From Klebsormidium nitens (Eukaryota; Plantae; Klebsormidiophyceae), in NCBI GenBank assembly GCA_000708835.1, contig DF236956.1:419354-483353 (forward strand): DNA of 64,000 nt, given 5' to 3'. A program made the position numbers and the translations under genes. A model generated the notes under the pieces. It had not been told where the DNA came from. It saw only the letters and a list, made by a program, of their open reading frames with translations, and searched no databases. This document shows, in pieces, positions 11,901-23,983 of the stretch (position 1 is the first letter of the stretch; each line of letters begins with the position of its first letter).

Positions 11901-14900
11901 TGGGCCGTCCAACATCGCCCTGGAAATGGTGGACGCGAGCAGCCAGATCGAGCCCGGGGAACTCCACTTCCCGCTTCTAGTTTTGGCTGCGGTACCCCCC
12001 CACCTTCTCCAGTACAGCATGGGGGGGGATCCCAACCCCCCTCCCGAGATTGCGGCCCCCGAAAACGCCCATCCTCCGGAAACAATGGAGCCGCCAGCGA
12101 GCGTTGCACCAGTCGCAGAAATGGTGGTCGAAGAGGCGCCGAGCGCTGGGGGCGGCATGGAAGTTGCGCTGGTTCCGGTGCCCTACCTTGTGAGCAATTC
12201 TCCAACTCTGGATCGATTCTCAGCCCGTCAAAGTTTTCCTGCTTTGTTCTCGTTATCTGCACCAACGACCTCCGCTAATATCTGCGCCAAAATACTGCTA
12301 CCGTCCACCCAGACATTGTCGGCCCGGCCAAGCCAATGTGCATGCTTTCTTTTGTTACAAAAGCATATTGACAGCTCTTGATTTCAAGGTTCTAAACCCG
12401 ATTGAACCAAGCAACGAAATTGCGGCATTCTAACCCACGAGTGCCTGGATACGGAAACCAAAGTGTCAAAACGGCAAATCAATTGTGCGTCCCGCAGCCC
12501 CCGCCGCCTGTCGTCTACGGACCCGGGGGCCGGGAGATGGTTCCAGTCGACACATCCCGGCGACGGAAACAGAAGAGGCGGCTGTCGGAAACAGAGGAAG
12601 AGCGGGAGGTGCGCCTGCGGCGGGCCCGGAAGCTGTTCACAGTGGGCGAGGTGGAGGCGCTCGTGACGGCCGTTGAGAGACTGGGGCCCGGAAGGTGAAT
12701 ACACGCGCTTGGAAAAGTTGCAAGAGAAGCGGAGTCGTGTTCTGCATGGCCGAGCCAGAAAGATGGCGATGGTAGTATGGCGTTTGCTTGCTTTGCTGTG
12801 ATGCTTTAGAAGAGGTGCTTCTATTCGTGGAGACAGTGTGGGGAGGCGGCGCAGATCGGCCGTCATTCGACGTTTGCATCGCTCATCGAAGAATTTGTCA
12901 AACCGCCCCAGATAGTAAATCTTTGCGAACATGTTGCGGGCACTGATATTTTGAGACGGAGGCCTCTGTTTATCGCAATCACCATATAGAAGAAGCTGAG
13001 AACAACTTGCAATTGCGCAGGTGGCGTGAGGTGAAAGAGCGGGTCTTCAGCCACGCAGATCACCGAACTTACGGGGACTTGAAGGTGAGGATATATGCTC
13101 TTTGTCGTAGACAGGGTTCTTGTTCAGGAACCTTTCTGTAAAAAGGCGCAGAGCAAGAGGATTGCCAAGAACTCAGTCTTGACACGTAGACAACATGTCG
13201 CACTTGGTCTCGTGTATCAGTCAGGATATAAGAATGACATGAAATTCTGGAAGATACGAGCAGATCGATGACATGACCGACTGAAAGGCATTCTGGAATC
13301 AGGGATTGAGGAGCAGTTGTCGTATTGTACATTGTGGAAACAACGGAATGTGCTTGCTTTTGCAGGACAAGTGGAAGACGCTGGTGAAGACGGCCCAGAT
13401 TACAGTCCCAACAGCATCCCATGTTTACAAACCCAACTATTGAATGCTGAAATATGTACTTTGATTTCAGGACAGGAAGAAGACGGCCCAGATCGGCCCC
13501 CAGCAAAAACATGGAAACATTCTAAAAACTCCATGGTTAGTCACAATATTAGTCGTCTTCTGTAATAATCTTTTCCCCGTGGTTCCAGGACAAGTGGAAG
13601 ACGCTGGTGAAGACGGCCCAGATCGCGCCCCAGCAGCGGCGGGGCGTGGAGATCCCGGAGGAGCTGCTGGAGCGCGTCACGCGCGCGCACGCGTTCTGGA
13701 CCGCGCAGGCCGCCAAGGACGAGCGCCTCACGGACGCCGATGCGCCGCCACGTGTCCACTATGTGCGGATGCCGCAGCCAATTAGGAGACCCGTGAGCAG
13801 CGTACTTCTGCCTGTGATACAACATGCGTTGGACTTTATAATCTTGTTTCTGGCTCGGTTCTGGCCGTTTGTCTATCTCCTTCCTCTAGCGTTTCTTCTA
13901 ACTTTTTAGGGCCTCTGTCTGTCCGTTCTCACCGCTTCCTCACAGTCCAGGGCACTTAGCAAAGGGTTGACTTAACGAAGGGTTGCGTGTTGAGGGTATG
14001 CTCCTGCTTCTCCATTTTTTGAGTTGTCCGTCTCTTTTCTTTTCAGGCGTTCCTCTGATTATTTTTCTACCTTTCTATCACGTGCACTACATGTGGGGGG
14101 CAGAAAATTTCTTTCGGTATCTCGTCCTTTTCTCGTCGTGTGTCTCGAGGCAGTCGGGAAGCGCCAGCAATGATGATTTGTTGCCCTTAGTATCACCCAA
14201 TCTGAATCTCTGTCTTTGTTCGTATTCCCCCCTCCATCTGCGCAGACAAGGCCATAAGACCCTTTAATCGGCGCCTCGTGTTTCCCGTCTTGATTTGTAA
14301 GGGTCTGCGTCGACTGGGATGGGTGAGCGGTCAACTCCGGTGCTCCGGACCAATGAGAACACTTCAACTGATCACGTGATATTAGAAGTACAGACTGGTA
14401 CAGGATGTCGTTAGAGAGGCAGTGTACAAAGCTGTACGCGGACCGGAGATGCGAAGCTGGTGAGCCTACCAGGTTTGGGTCAACGCGGAACTTCACATTG
14501 AACATCTCCGTCATTTTGTGCTCCGTGTCCCTGTCTTTCTCCCAACCTTTGGTCCGTTGGTCATCGCTGCCTACGTGCTGATTCCACAGCCTTCTTTCTC
14601 CAGGTCTACTTCACAAACGGCGCACACCCCCCCCAGCCCGACATGCACGCCCATCACCACCCCGCTATGCCGCAGGGGGGTCCGGTGGCTGGGCCAACAC
14701 CCCCCCACGATGGCCAGCACATGCATGGCCACGCGGAGGGGATGGGACAGGATGGCGTACCAGCCGGGCAGACGACTGGTCACATGAAGCAAGACGGTTA
14801 CCATGCTCAGGTAAGGCCCTTATGGACAATCTCAACGTGGTGAGAAGGATTGTGAGCGGGAGTTCCGTTGAGAGTCTTGACGAGGGTCCGTTATGGATCC

Positions 14901-16355
14901 TTGGCTTACGATCCATGAAGGTGCTACCTATGTTGTTTGAAGGGCCGTATTTCCAAGGTCAGAGGAGGTTTGACAGTTCTCAGCAAAGTTTTGACTGGCG
15001 GTCTTTTTGGCAATGGCGAGCCAGGCTGTCTCTCGGACCCAAGGTTCATAAAACAAAAGTCTACTGACGTTATCAATTGTCCGTGTTGTGCTGCTAGCGC
15101 ACGTTTACCACCAAGCGCTGCACTTTGTGTGGGGGCATAAAGGCCCAAAGAAAGCCCAACGTCAATCAGCGCTTTTTCATCATATCAACATAAGTGGATT
15201 CTTGAAAGAAGCACTGGTTGTCTGCAAGGCTCCCTAACGTCCCCTCAAGCCCGTCATTAACAAGCTGATGAGGCTGCTACTCCCCTATGCAGCAACCACA
15301 GGGATACCACTTGCAACAGGAGGAGATGGGCCATCGATTGGGCGACCCAGGAGCAACTCAAGCGCAGGGCCAGCAAGGTGCGTGTGTCGTACTTCTTTCT
15401 CAAGCCGTTCGCCGGTCGATAAGCCGTGGAAAGAAGGAAGTTGAAGAGCAGCGACCCTACAAGCAGTCGACCAGCTTGTAACTTTTGCTCTCCAGCGCTT
15501 CGGACTTTTAGCACTTCTTTGACTCGCAGTGGAATTCATGGTGGTCCGTCGCTCCCTGCAGGGCCGCCCATGTCCCAGGACGGTCGGCCGCCCGACGCCC
15601 CCCCTGGCCACGAGCAGTACGCCGGTCATCCCCCCCAATACGTGGACGCCTCCGCCGCGCAGCACTGGCAGCAGCAGATGCACGCGCACTACTACCAGCA
15701 GCAAGCATACCCGCCGCAATATACATACGAGGGCGCCCCGCCTCCAAATGCGCCGTACCAGCAGGGCCAGGAGTATGCGCATATGCAGCCGGGCGCTCCG
15801 CAGCATATGGAGCCGGCGGGTTATCATCAGGGGGGAGCGGAGTATGGGGCTGGGGGCGCAGCGTATCATCAGAGCGGAGAGCAGGTGGTGTATCAGCACG
15901 AGGGCGAGGGTGGGTACCATCAAGGGGGCGCCGAAGCTTATCAGCAGGGGGGGGAGGAAGCGTACCAGCATGAAGGAGCGGGGGCGTATCAACAGGCGAG
16001 CGGAGGGGGGTATCAGCAACCAGGTGAGGGGGTCTATCAGCAGGGAGGGGAAGGGGGGTACCAACAAGAGGGGGGGGCGGTTTATCAGCAGGACGGTTAT
16101 CGGCAAGACGGAGAGGGGGGGTACCAAAACGCGCAGCCCCAGCAGCATCAGGCGCCGCAAGGTTACGTGTTGCAACAGGACGCCGCGCTTAATGAGTATC
16201 TGGTGGGTGACCAAGCTGCGGGCCGGCATTACGCAGAGGGGTATGCTCATCAAGGGGGGCAACCTGGGGGGCCGGACGCCGGGGATACCGGGCAAGCGGG
16301 TGGCTTCCAAAGCGGTGCAACCGAAGGGGCGATACAAGGAGCACCGGTTCAATGA
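8982..16355 (+). CDS. TRFL: Telomere repeat-binding protein (TRP1/TRFL family): ubiquitin-like domain, Pro-rich linker, telobox Myb plus Myb-extension, then Q/G/Y/H-rich tail; about 983 aa
   Basis: 12 phase-consistent exons: 8982-9009, 9137-9346, 9788-9870, 10301-10494, 10840-10919, 11357-12189, 12498-12694, 13021-13084, 13589-13751, 14590-14810, 15293-15377, 15562-16355 (2952 nt). Myb: RRARKLFTVGEVEALVTAVERLGPGRWREVKERVFSHADHRTYGDLKDKWKTLVKTAQIAPQQRRGVEIPEELLERV. Ubiquitin-like: IAVRSVLWEDIVVEIPSTATMADFRRAIE. The last three exons join via a weaker donor (C|GTGTCC, 13752). Confidence 0.85.
13355..13640 (+). repeat. Triplicated acceptor plus exon start in TRFL Myb exon
   Basis: cag|gaca...gaagacggcccagat at AG 13365, 13470 and 13588 (functional). 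Confidence 0.9.
15820..16135 (+). repeat. Coding minisatellite, about 24-bp / 8-aa Tyr-periodic units (Y[QH][QH]xGxG[GA])
   Basis: YHQGGAE, YHQSGEQVV, YQHEGEGG, YHQGGAEA, YQQGGEEA, YQHEGAGA, YQQASGGG, YQQPGEGV, YQQGGEGG, YQQEGGAV, YQQDG, YRQDGEGG in the last TRFL exon. Confidence 0.85.
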
Positions 16356-17446
16356 GCTAGCAGCACAAGCCAGAGCATTGCCAGGAATGAAATGTCAACT
16401 CTGTACCGGATCTGTGAACAATAGCGAGCTGTTGTTGTGCTGCACTTTGTGTACAACGGGTGCATGATGCTATGGCATGTGCAAGTGTCGAGTGTCTTGC
16501 TGAAATTCACTGAGCAAGCATGTGGCTGTTGGCATAGAGTACAGTGTAGAGTCTGCCCATTGCAGTACGGACGTGGATTGGCGTTGCACACTGACATGCG
16601 ACGAAAGTACCCCACGATCAGCTTGCATCATGTTTACATTGACGGCAGCTGTGCACCAACATACACATCCTTAACCATCGTGTTCAACGGTTGCCGGGGC
16701 TGCCCGGCCCTGAATCCGCGTACGTCCAGATCGCTTGATGTACAGATCTCTTGTCAGCTCATGCAACTACACCACAGGCTGCGCAGGGGCCCGGCATCAT
16801 GATGTGCAGCGACACGCATCATCCGGCGCAACAGCGGCCCGGCGTGCCGTTGCATGCAATGGCGCTGGCCTCAGCTCCGGCACGCAGCTTGTGAACCATG
16901 CCATGTTCAAGTTAATACTCGACGCCGGTCTTCAATCAGGTCAGGTAGCCTTCTGGCATGTTGGCGGCCCTGTGCATATGCACGCGGGCCGCCCCACTGA
17001 GCGTGGCGGTCGTGACATATGGCCTGCATGCATGCATGAGCCATGGCTTGCCGCGCAAAGCCTGTTAAGTTGTCTAGCTAGCTGGCCATGGATGAAGAGC
17101 TTGTATTCCACTTGCCCAAGCTGCCGTCCTGTCAAATGCCCGGTCGGTTCACGCATAAGGTCGGAGGCCTTCACTGGCCGTTACACAGTCGTAAGAAAGT
17201 TGCCGAGTGCGGCTCGGCCGGCCACAGCTGGGGCTTATACGAACCTAACCCCGTCGAATCTACACCAGCCAATTGCCTGCATGCGGCCCTCTTCAACTCC
17301 GTCCTACAGTAAGGTTAAGAACGGTGCTCTATGTCTAGCATATCTAAGTTACGGCCGAGCTGGGAGCGGTCCCCCATACTCATGGACACTTCAGCAGCTC
17401 TACAAGCTATAAGGTTCAGTCTACATACACTCCCGTAAATTTACGC

Positions 17447-19060
17447 TCATGTCCTTTCCCACCGAAAAACCTGTGTGTTCGTCTCGAGCCATGGCACACC
17501 GGCCACCTCCCGCAACCTTTGACCCGTGCCCTCGTCTGGAGACATTCCTCGGGACACGAACATTTGCTTGACGTCTTCGAAGCTCTTCTCGTTGACGTGA
17601 GCATAACCGAGCTGACCTGGCCTGCGCGAATAAAGAGCCGTATAGTGGGATATCCCGAGCCTCATTGAACATTGATATTGCCGTTGCTGGCTTTTGACGG
17701 CGGACCGAGCAACTTCGAAGCAATCTGACAGCCAATATTACTGCCGTCCAGGAAGGAACGGTCTCAAGTCTCAGCCTCACAAAAGAAGAACAAGTACAAA
17801 CTTTCCACTTAATCTGCGGCCCAACTTTTTGATTCCCCTGACCAGTAGATCTACCGACAACGGACAGCTCCTGATCTCAGAATCCAGTCCCTAGCTGGAG
17901 GTCTCTAGCCCGCCACCCGAAAGTCACTCAGCAATCGCATCTTTTATAGATGAGTCACACACGCTCAGGTTCCTTATTTCCTTTCGAAACGCCTAACAGT
18001 TATCGAAACGCCTCACCTGGCCCACGTGACCACAACCCCCGCCTTCGCTAACCCGCACAGGTTATCCACAAAGACGTCCTCAAATTGCTTTGGCAGATGC
18101 TCCCCAACTTCGATGCTCATTACCCAGTCCGCTTTTGGCAGCCGAAGCTCTTCCGTGAAGTCAGCAAACTTCACCCAACCCCCAGTCACTTCTTCGATGT
18201 TTTCTGCCCCATCGACGCCCGTCCACGCGACAGTTGGCGCGTGTTCCTTGAACCACCTGGCGGACAAAAGTGGCAGAAACGGCTTGACTTGGGAGGGAAA
18301 GTAGTTCTCAGGCTACGTTACGTGTGTGCCCGGCGATTGGATTGCAAATTTCCGGTTTTTAACACTTGTCAACCATCCAGGGTGGCGTATGCTCCGTCTG
18401 GGGCGCACCGGCAAATCATCTCTTAATCGCAGGACCCTCGACAATAACACGGTTCCAGTAGCCTGATCTAACAAAAGAAAATAGGATCTCAGGACTTCCA
18501 CGGAATGCATAGGCTTCCCCTGGAAAGCAGGACATGAAAACATTACTCAACCCGTCAATATCTGGTCTACTTTCGGATTGCAGCGGCGAAACCACCGACA
18601 ATGCGCAGCTGGAAACAGGGTACCCGCACCTGCCGTAATTCCCAAGGCCCGTGCCTACGTCCAGCACCGACTGCCCGGCAAACAGCTCCCCAAGCACTTT
18701 CGCGTAGCCCTCATCCACCTTGTTCAGCCCAGGACTTTCCCCGGGGCTTTCTACCGAGAGGCAAAACCCACCGGTCGGACCCACACCCTGCACCTTGCAT
18801 GAGAGCGCACCGAGCAGCGCGCGCAGAGCGCGCATCTGAGCTTGATGTGACTGCTGCTCCTTTCGAAGCTCAGCGATCTCAGCATGGAGGGAAGGGGAAG
18901 AATTTGGTGGTGAAGAAAAGAAAAGAAGGAGGGCAGAGTTGTTAGCAGAGCTAAACTGGAGCAGGTAGAGAGCAAAAAGGAGAACGGCTCCCAATGCGAT
19001 GAAGCAGAGGTATGTGCCCCTTGGACAGCCAGCAGGGAAGGTCCTGGGTACTTCCATCAT
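17447..19060 (-). CDS. Type II membrane-anchored class I SAM-dependent methyltransferase, about 281 aa
   Basis: Exons 19060-18630, 18256-18017, 17621-17447 (846 nt, phase-consistent). N-terminal hydrophobic helix (YLCFIALGAVLLFALYLL), short coiled coil, motif I VLDVGTGLG, then WTGVDG, DWVMSIEVGEHLP and WARPGQLGYAHVNE. Confidence 0.75.
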
Positions 19061-19753
19061 TTTCACGGCGTTCAACTTACCCTCTGATCATTGTGTGCCT
19101 GTTCTTTGTAAGTGCAGGTCCGTAAGTCTGTCCTTAATGCTTCGCTTGACTAGCAACTCTGTGTTCAAACCTGCAAATTCAGAGCCAAAGGCCAACTGAG
19201 GAGAACTGGAGCATCCACTTTGGATCTGAGAATCCTTTGTTGCCGCCCTCATGGCTCGATCAATTTGCGCATAGTGGCAGACCAGAGAGCATCGCCCGAG
19301 CAGATGAGGAAAGTGATCGACAGGTTGCGCTGATCTGCTACTAGCAGCGCAGACAAGGGTTTCATCACTTAGTGACACTTGACATATTTCTGATCTACCT
19401 AAGTACCGGTAGAGCTGATTTCACACAGTTTTCTGTTCTTAGCGCTGATGTCGCTCAGAGCAACAGACTCGGCATTCATATGGTGCTTCTCCTGCTTCGG
19501 AATGTGAAACCATCTGGAGTCTGAGCTACACCGTGTTCGTTGATTTGACATACAGCAGTCAATTCTTTTCCTATTCATGATCTGATATCGGCCGTTCGAT
19601 CGCGGACTGATCAATCGGACGGTCGTAGCAACATCAATTGCCCAAAGCACAGGCTTCGTCGCACTGCAGTCACTGAGGCGCCCGGCCCGCCAGGCGCCCC
19701 GCCTAGCTCAAGTTTTCATCAAGAGTTGCAAACATCTGGTTTCTAGGTTGGTT

Positions 19754-19864
19754 CTCAGCTATTAACGAGAACGCGTTAATAGATGAGCGCAGTGCAGAGC
19801 ACTGCGGATGTGTGAAGTAAAACAGTTGGGGTAGGCAAAGTCGGCTCGTGCAGGCTCTTCACAG
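19754..19864 (-). repeat. Split direct repeat B2 (element 3' terminus)
   Basis: Identical to 20596-20706. Confidence 0.95.
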
Positions 19865-20418
19865 TCGTTCCCCGAAAAGGGTAGCGCTGCTCTGCCTTAG
19901 CCGGTTTTATTATGAAAGGGACCGGCCACGAGTGGCAATTGTTTGTGCAAATGTTCGGCTAACTGCCTAATGCACAATGCGATACCCAATGAACTACGGT
20001 ACGCTAAGAATGCAACGGGAACTGCTAAAGAAACCTACGTCGGTACGACGACTAATGTCGAATCGACAACAGCTAAACTAAACTAAACGAAACTGGGGCA
20101 ACGCCCGGGCCGCCGACGACGAAGCACCGCTCGGTCGCCGTCTTCAGGACGCCGCCGAGTCGCCATCTTCGACACGCCGCCAGTCCGCCGGAACGCCGGA
20201 TCGCCGGAACAGGGGCCCGCCGGATGAAACGCCGGGCGGGGGGGAGCGACGAGGGCGCCGTGACGCCAGGTACGGAGGACGCCGGAAACTGCTGGTACGC
20301 GGGAACGCCAGGATGCAGAGCTGAAGACGAACAGGCAACGATGCTGCGGCAAAGAAAACGAAGGCACGTGCAGCAACGGGAACAAGACAGGGCGGGAAGC
20401 AGCGAAGCTGCGGGTGGG

Positions 20419-20706
20419 TCTTGGTGGGGAAGCAAGGAGGCGCCGTCCTCCTTGCGCTGTGTGAACGTGCTGAGCGACAGATTGAAGAAATTTGTCGCGA
20501 AGACGCGGCTTTAAAGCCGCGTATCGGGTTAGAGGTTCTCGTTAAGCGGAGAACCTCCGTTTTCGACTAACTACGAACGTCGAAAACTTTCAATTCTCAG
20601 CTATTAACGAGAACGCGTTAATAGATGAGCGCAGTGCAGAGCACTGCGGATGTGTGAAGTAAAACAGTTGGGGTAGGCAAAGTCGGCTCGTGCAGGCTCT
20701 TCACAG
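20419..20706 (-). repeat. Internal B1 (20596-20706) plus A2 (20419-20595) circle-junction copy
   Basis: A2 identical to 26263-26439; B1 identical to 19754-19864; the two abut directly. Confidence 0.95.
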
Positions 20707-20814
20707 ACAACAGAGGCAGTGGCAGGCGGTCTGGAAGGGCAGTGGCGGTGCACGAGCAGGTGAGGCGACGGGTTAAGGATAACTGAATTTCAGCATACCT
20801 GAGCTAGACAGGGA

Positions 20815-21881
20815 CTAAAAGAAGCAAGCCTCGGACTCGAACGCGCGAAGTTGGGCGATCGGGATATCCTCTTGCAGGCCGAGGTTGCGAGTCGTAGCGA
20901 GGCGGGCCTGAAGTGTTTCCCGCACGTACAGGTCCTTCGCCCGGTCAGAGCGCCAACGGCCGTGGCGCTTGAACAGGCGATCGGGAACATTGTGCGCGGC
21001 CGCGCCCGTCGCGCCGCCGCGCCGGCCGGAATGAGTCCCGTAAAGAGAAGGGTCTAAACCAAGAAGGGAAGCGGCGCCCTTGAACCAACTCAGGACCGTG
21101 TCGTAACAGGGAGTGTTGGATTTGAGGCGTTGGGTGGGAGGGCAGACGATGGTTGAGCGGATGAGGGACCCGGGGCCACGGGCAGGGTATTGACCAACTT
21201 TGAGGAGGCGTTCAAGCAAGGCAACGGGGCAGTAGCGGCCCCCCAGGCGAGCAATGAAAGTAGTATCGCCCCGAAGGTATTGGTCGGTTTTGCTGTCGGG
21301 GATAAAGAGTTCGGCGTGGGTAGGAAGAATTTTGACGTTCTGCCAGGTGAGTGCCATTAGGTCGTCGTAACGGTAGAAGGTTGTGTAGCAGATGACGATT
21401 GCGGAGAACTTCATAAGGCTGTGAAGGGTGGCAGTCGGACCGGCCCAGATTTCAAAAAGACGACGGATTTGGGACGCTAGGAACGGGCGCTTCTGGTTCT
21501 GACTGGCGACTTTGGTGCGACGAGCTGCCTCATGAGCCCTCCGAACGAGGGGATGATTGGTAGGGGAAGGCAGGCCGGCTTGGGTATGGTTAAAGAAGAC
21601 TGCGCCGGAAAAGGTTTTCAGGGGAGCTGGAGTGTTAGCGGTCCTCAGAAGACGCATCATATACAAGGCCACAGTTAACGGGCTCGACGGAAGAGCGGGG
21701 ACTTTCTTCTGAGCGCACCACTCCTTATACTGGCGCCAGGGGCCGGCGTACTGTTTGTAAGTGCCCGGGGCGCGACAGACTAAGGAGGCGTCGTGGAGAT
21801 CGACGGACAGTTGAGCAAGCTCCGGGTCGGTTGAAGAAAGGCCCGCGGCCGGGAGGTCCCAGCTTTCAAAGTTAAACCAAT
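20815..21881 (-). CDS. Tyrosine recombinase of the retrotransposon
   Basis: Open frame with core-binding region (APGTYKQYAGPWRQYKEWC) and catalytic residues R (FYRYDDL), K (SKTDQY), HxxR (HSGRRGGA), H/W (HGRWRSD) and Y (DLYVR). The 5' end is placed at a predicted acceptor (21881); the ORF track extends to 22293 in an overlapping frame. Confidence 0.92.
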
Positions 21882-21944
21882 CTGCGAATGAAAAGCAAGA
21901 AATAAAATCAGAACCGGAGCAAAGGGCAGGAAGTACGCGAACCT

Positions 21945-23983
21945 TCACGTGGAGAAGTCGCAGTCCAGAGCGTACACGTCGGAGATGGGGACGCCCTTCC
22001 CGAGGAACCGGTCGCGAGAAGCGCGCCCGGGGACCAGGACCTCGCGGCCGGCAGGGAAGTAGAGCTGACGGCGCACGAACGGAGCGAAGCCGCGGCCGGA
22101 GGCGACGCTCCCGGAGAGCAGAGGCCACCACGGGGCAGAGCGCCAGCCCAGGACCACCAGCGTCATGCGCGCGCGACACGCGCGCGCGTGCCGAAGCGCG
22201 GGCGCCACCAGGGACGGGGGAGGGAAACAGTAGTTTCGCTCGGGGATCCCCCAGTCTTGCGTGAACGTGTTCGCGGCCGCCGCGCCCGGGCACCAGAAGA
22301 AGGCGTCAAACCGAGGGAGTTTGGCGTTGTGTTCGCTCGCGAACCGATCCACCGTAAACGGACCGAACTGCTGAGAGATGAACGCGAAAGTCGCCGGGGA
22401 GAGGCCGAAGTCATCGAAGTCCCGAACTTTGCTCAGATAATCAGCGCGGGTGTTCTGCTCACGGGGGAGCCACTCGGGGCGAAGCTCGATCCGGTTCTCC
22501 GCACAGAAAAGAAAAATCTTGACGCAAACCAACTGGAGATGCTCTTTTGCTGAGCCACCCTTGGACAAAAGCGTGAAGACGTTAAGGGCATCGCCGCGCG
22601 CGATGACTGAGCAATCTCGGAGGAAAGGGGCGAAAGCGTGAAGAAGACGGAGGAGTCCTGAGAGTTCACGCCAAGTCGAAGAGGCCATGCCGTGGACCTC
22701 ATGAGCTTCCCACGCGCCGTGCGCCTCGTGGCGCTCGCTGCCAATTTCCAAGTGGCCGCCCCACCCATGGCCGCCAGCATCGTAGTAGATCACTCGCAGG
22801 ATGGAATGACGACGCCAAATGTCGCGGCACTGGTAGAGGTCCAAATGAGACTGCCAGAAACGAAGATCTGCGAGGGCGGCTGGATCGAGCGAGATCTTGC
22901 TGTACCAGGAAGAGCGGTTGGCGAGAGCGCTGTGAAGAGAGCGGGAAAAGAGACCAGAGATGGGGCCGGTCACGAGCGAAAAGGAGTTAACCAGGCCCGT
23001 AACCCTAGCGACTAGCTTAGCTGGAACGGAGTGGGGAGAGCGGAAGCACGACGAGATAGCGGAGGCGAGCTTCTGCTTCTGCAGAGAAGTGAGACGGAAT
23101 TGGCCGAAGAGGGTGTCGACAACGAATCCTAGGAACTTGACCACGTGGCTGCGCGAGAGCTGACACTTCTCTAGAGAGACGACTAGACCAGCTGCTGCTA
23201 AATCTGCGAGCACGGAGGCTTGGACACGTGTAAACTCAGCCACGTCGCGGCACGTGAAAAAGAAGTCGTCAATGTAATGGATCAGCTTGTAACCGCGCGC
23301 GCGCCAAGATTTCGTCAGCTGGCGCATCACCTTCGTAAAAACGTAGCAGGCAGGGGCGAGGCCGAAGGGTAGCTGAGTAAAGACGAAATATTGACCCTGC
23401 CACTGGAAACCGAGGTATTTCCAGTGTGACTCGCAGATGTCGATGTGGTGATAACCCGCTTTCAGGTCGACTGTAAACAGGAAGTCCTTGGGAAGGCAAA
23501 GCTCGGAGACGAGGCGAATAGACTCGTACTTGAATTTTGGGACCTGAAGAAACTTGTTCAGAAAGCGGAGGTCTAAGATAAGACGGAGCTTATCCTCTGC
23601 TTTTGGTACGACACCAAGTGGACTGACCAGGAAAGGGGGTAGGTCGACAGGAAGAATTGTGCCCGTGGCCTTCAACGTCCGGATTGCATCCGTCACGAAG
23701 TCTGCGTGTTCGAACGCTGACGGATGGTTGCGCTAATGAAACGGCTCTGTGGGAGGAGAAGAAATCCAAGGAAGCGCATACCCCGAGAGAAGAATCCCCA
23801 TCACGAAAGTGGATGTGACGAAGGACTGCCAGAAAAGGACATGGCGACGAAGTCTGTGACGCAGCCAAGGCTCCTTAGTACCAGCAGACGACTTAGCCGC
23901 GGCATTCTTAGCCGGATCCCGAAAACCCTCAAACTCAGCTGCTTCCGTAAGATCGGCAAGCTTATGGAGCGATTCGTCTGTTG
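21945..23983 (-). CDS. pol: reverse transcriptase, RNase H and DNA N6-adenine methyltransferase-like domain; one in-frame TAG at 23735-23733
   Basis: RT motifs LRLILDLR, DLKAGYHH, LPFGLAPA, YIDDFF; RNase H YYDAGGHGWGG, STWREL, GDAL, WLPREQNTRADYLSK; MT DRFASEHNAKLPRF and NYCFPPPSL. The frame continues upstream of the annotated ORF as ...HVLFWQSFVTSTFVMGILLSGYALPWISSPPTEPFH*RNHPSAFEHADFV. Confidence 0.92.

Noticed and set aside
15285-16352. 355-aa minus-strand ORF; similarly 11278-11967, 28017-28709 and 25668-26177
   Set aside because: Antisense shadows of GC-rich or low-complexity coding exons.
16600-17050. Faint RNase H-like (VYIDGSC) and non-LTR endonuclease-like (DLDVRGF) words
   Set aside because: They lie on opposite strands in frames broken by stops, with no further motifs; may be a decayed element but unsupported.
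20315-20365. Possible hammerhead ribozyme (CTGAAGA ... GAAA) in the element spacer
   Set aside because: No stem II can form between the two motifs.
21882-22293. N-terminal extension of the 492-aa YR ORF
   Set aside because: Arg/Pro/Ala-rich alternative frame over the MT domain, ending in an intron-like pyrimidine tract; unlikely to be translated.
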